DNA of 64,000 nucleotides, taken from an uncultured Methanomicrobiales archaeon (GTDB lineage: Archaea > Halobacteriota > Methanomicrobia > Methanomicrobiales > Methanospirillaceae). Location: positions 1,536,001 to 1,600,000 of the forward strand of contig OY969100.1 of the NCBI GenBank assembly GCA_963697895.1, written 5' to 3'. The translations under genes were made by a program, and so were the position numbers. How positions within the stretch are numbered: position 1 is the first letter of the stretch; every line of letters starts with the position of its first letter. The notes under the pieces were generated by a model. That model was not told the origin of the DNA. It saw nothing but the letters and a program-made list of their open reading frames with translations, and ran no database searches. Positions 63,704 to 64,000 of the stretch are shown piece after piece.

Positions 63704-64000
63704 CTGGGAGTCGTCATCGAGGCACACGACCTGCAGAAGTCATTTGGAACAATCACCGCGGTGGACCGGATAGCATTTTCGGTACAGGAGGGGGAGGTTT
63801 TTGGGTTCCTCGGACCGAACGGAGCAGGAAAAACCACCACCATGAAGATGATTCAGTGTGCATCCCCTAAATCCGGGGGAATTCTCCGGGTATTTGGCCT
63901 CGATGTAGATGAGCACCCCCGTGAGATCAAACAACAGATGGGGGTCGTTCCGCAGGAAACCAATCTGGATCCGGATTTCACCACGTACGAGAATCTTCTG
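63704..64000 (+). CDS. ABC transporter ATP-binding protein (NodI/DrrA-like), partial; apparent CTG start
   Basis: Manual translation ...GEVFGFLGPNGAGKTT...GVVPQETNLD; GAGGTGA SD at 63691. Confidence 0.88.
   Translation, partial: MGVVIEAHDLQKSFGTITAVDRIAFSVQEGEVFGFLGPNGAGKTTTMKMIQCASPKSGGILRVFGLDVDEHPREIKQQMGVVPQETNLDPDFTTYENLL

Noticed and set aside
1-64000. CRISPR array, rRNA, integrase or transposase
   Set aside because: No regularly spaced direct repeats, rRNA-like sequence or recombinase/DDE motifs seen by eye

Overview
Archaeal chromosomal window, most likely from a methanogen of the Methanomicrobiales type. This assignment is inferred from TFB, aIF5B, Gar1, SRP19, rpS6e/S8e, the F420-dependent NADP reductase, DUF2111/DUF2551/DUF2240/DUF2769 and a PGF-CTERM protein. 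Positions 1-16.4 kb are core genes: rtcB-archease operon, secFD, trx, fno, two tRNA-Ala, tfb, hypB, ribosomal proteins, aIF5B and tRNA-His. An accessory stretch of 16.4-27.7 kb lies between tRNA-His and tRNA-Leu and holds pseudogenes, surface proteins, several tiny Cys-rich proteins, msrB, an MFS transporter and an acetate channel. After it come a P-type ATPase, a degenerate type IIG R-M-like gene, trpEGDCFBA, nreA, larE, ttuA-SAMP, nadA, aminopeptidase N, cls, hom, an ABC-ATPase/TOPRIM pair and a flippase. The most unusual items are: (1) an intact tRNA-Leu(UAG) sandwiched between the 5' and 3' pieces of a second, diverged tRNA-Leu; (2) a coupled AAA_21-type ATPase + TOPRIM-like gene pair resembling PARIS/OLD-type defence; (3) an intact but apparently catalytically dead R-M-like protein; (4) three apparent non-canonical start codons; (5) a SecD N-terminal extension built by tandem duplication of its own start region. 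Several single-base frameshifts look like sequencing errors. No CRISPR array, rRNA, integrase or transposase was seen. All family calls come from motif recognition, not database searches.
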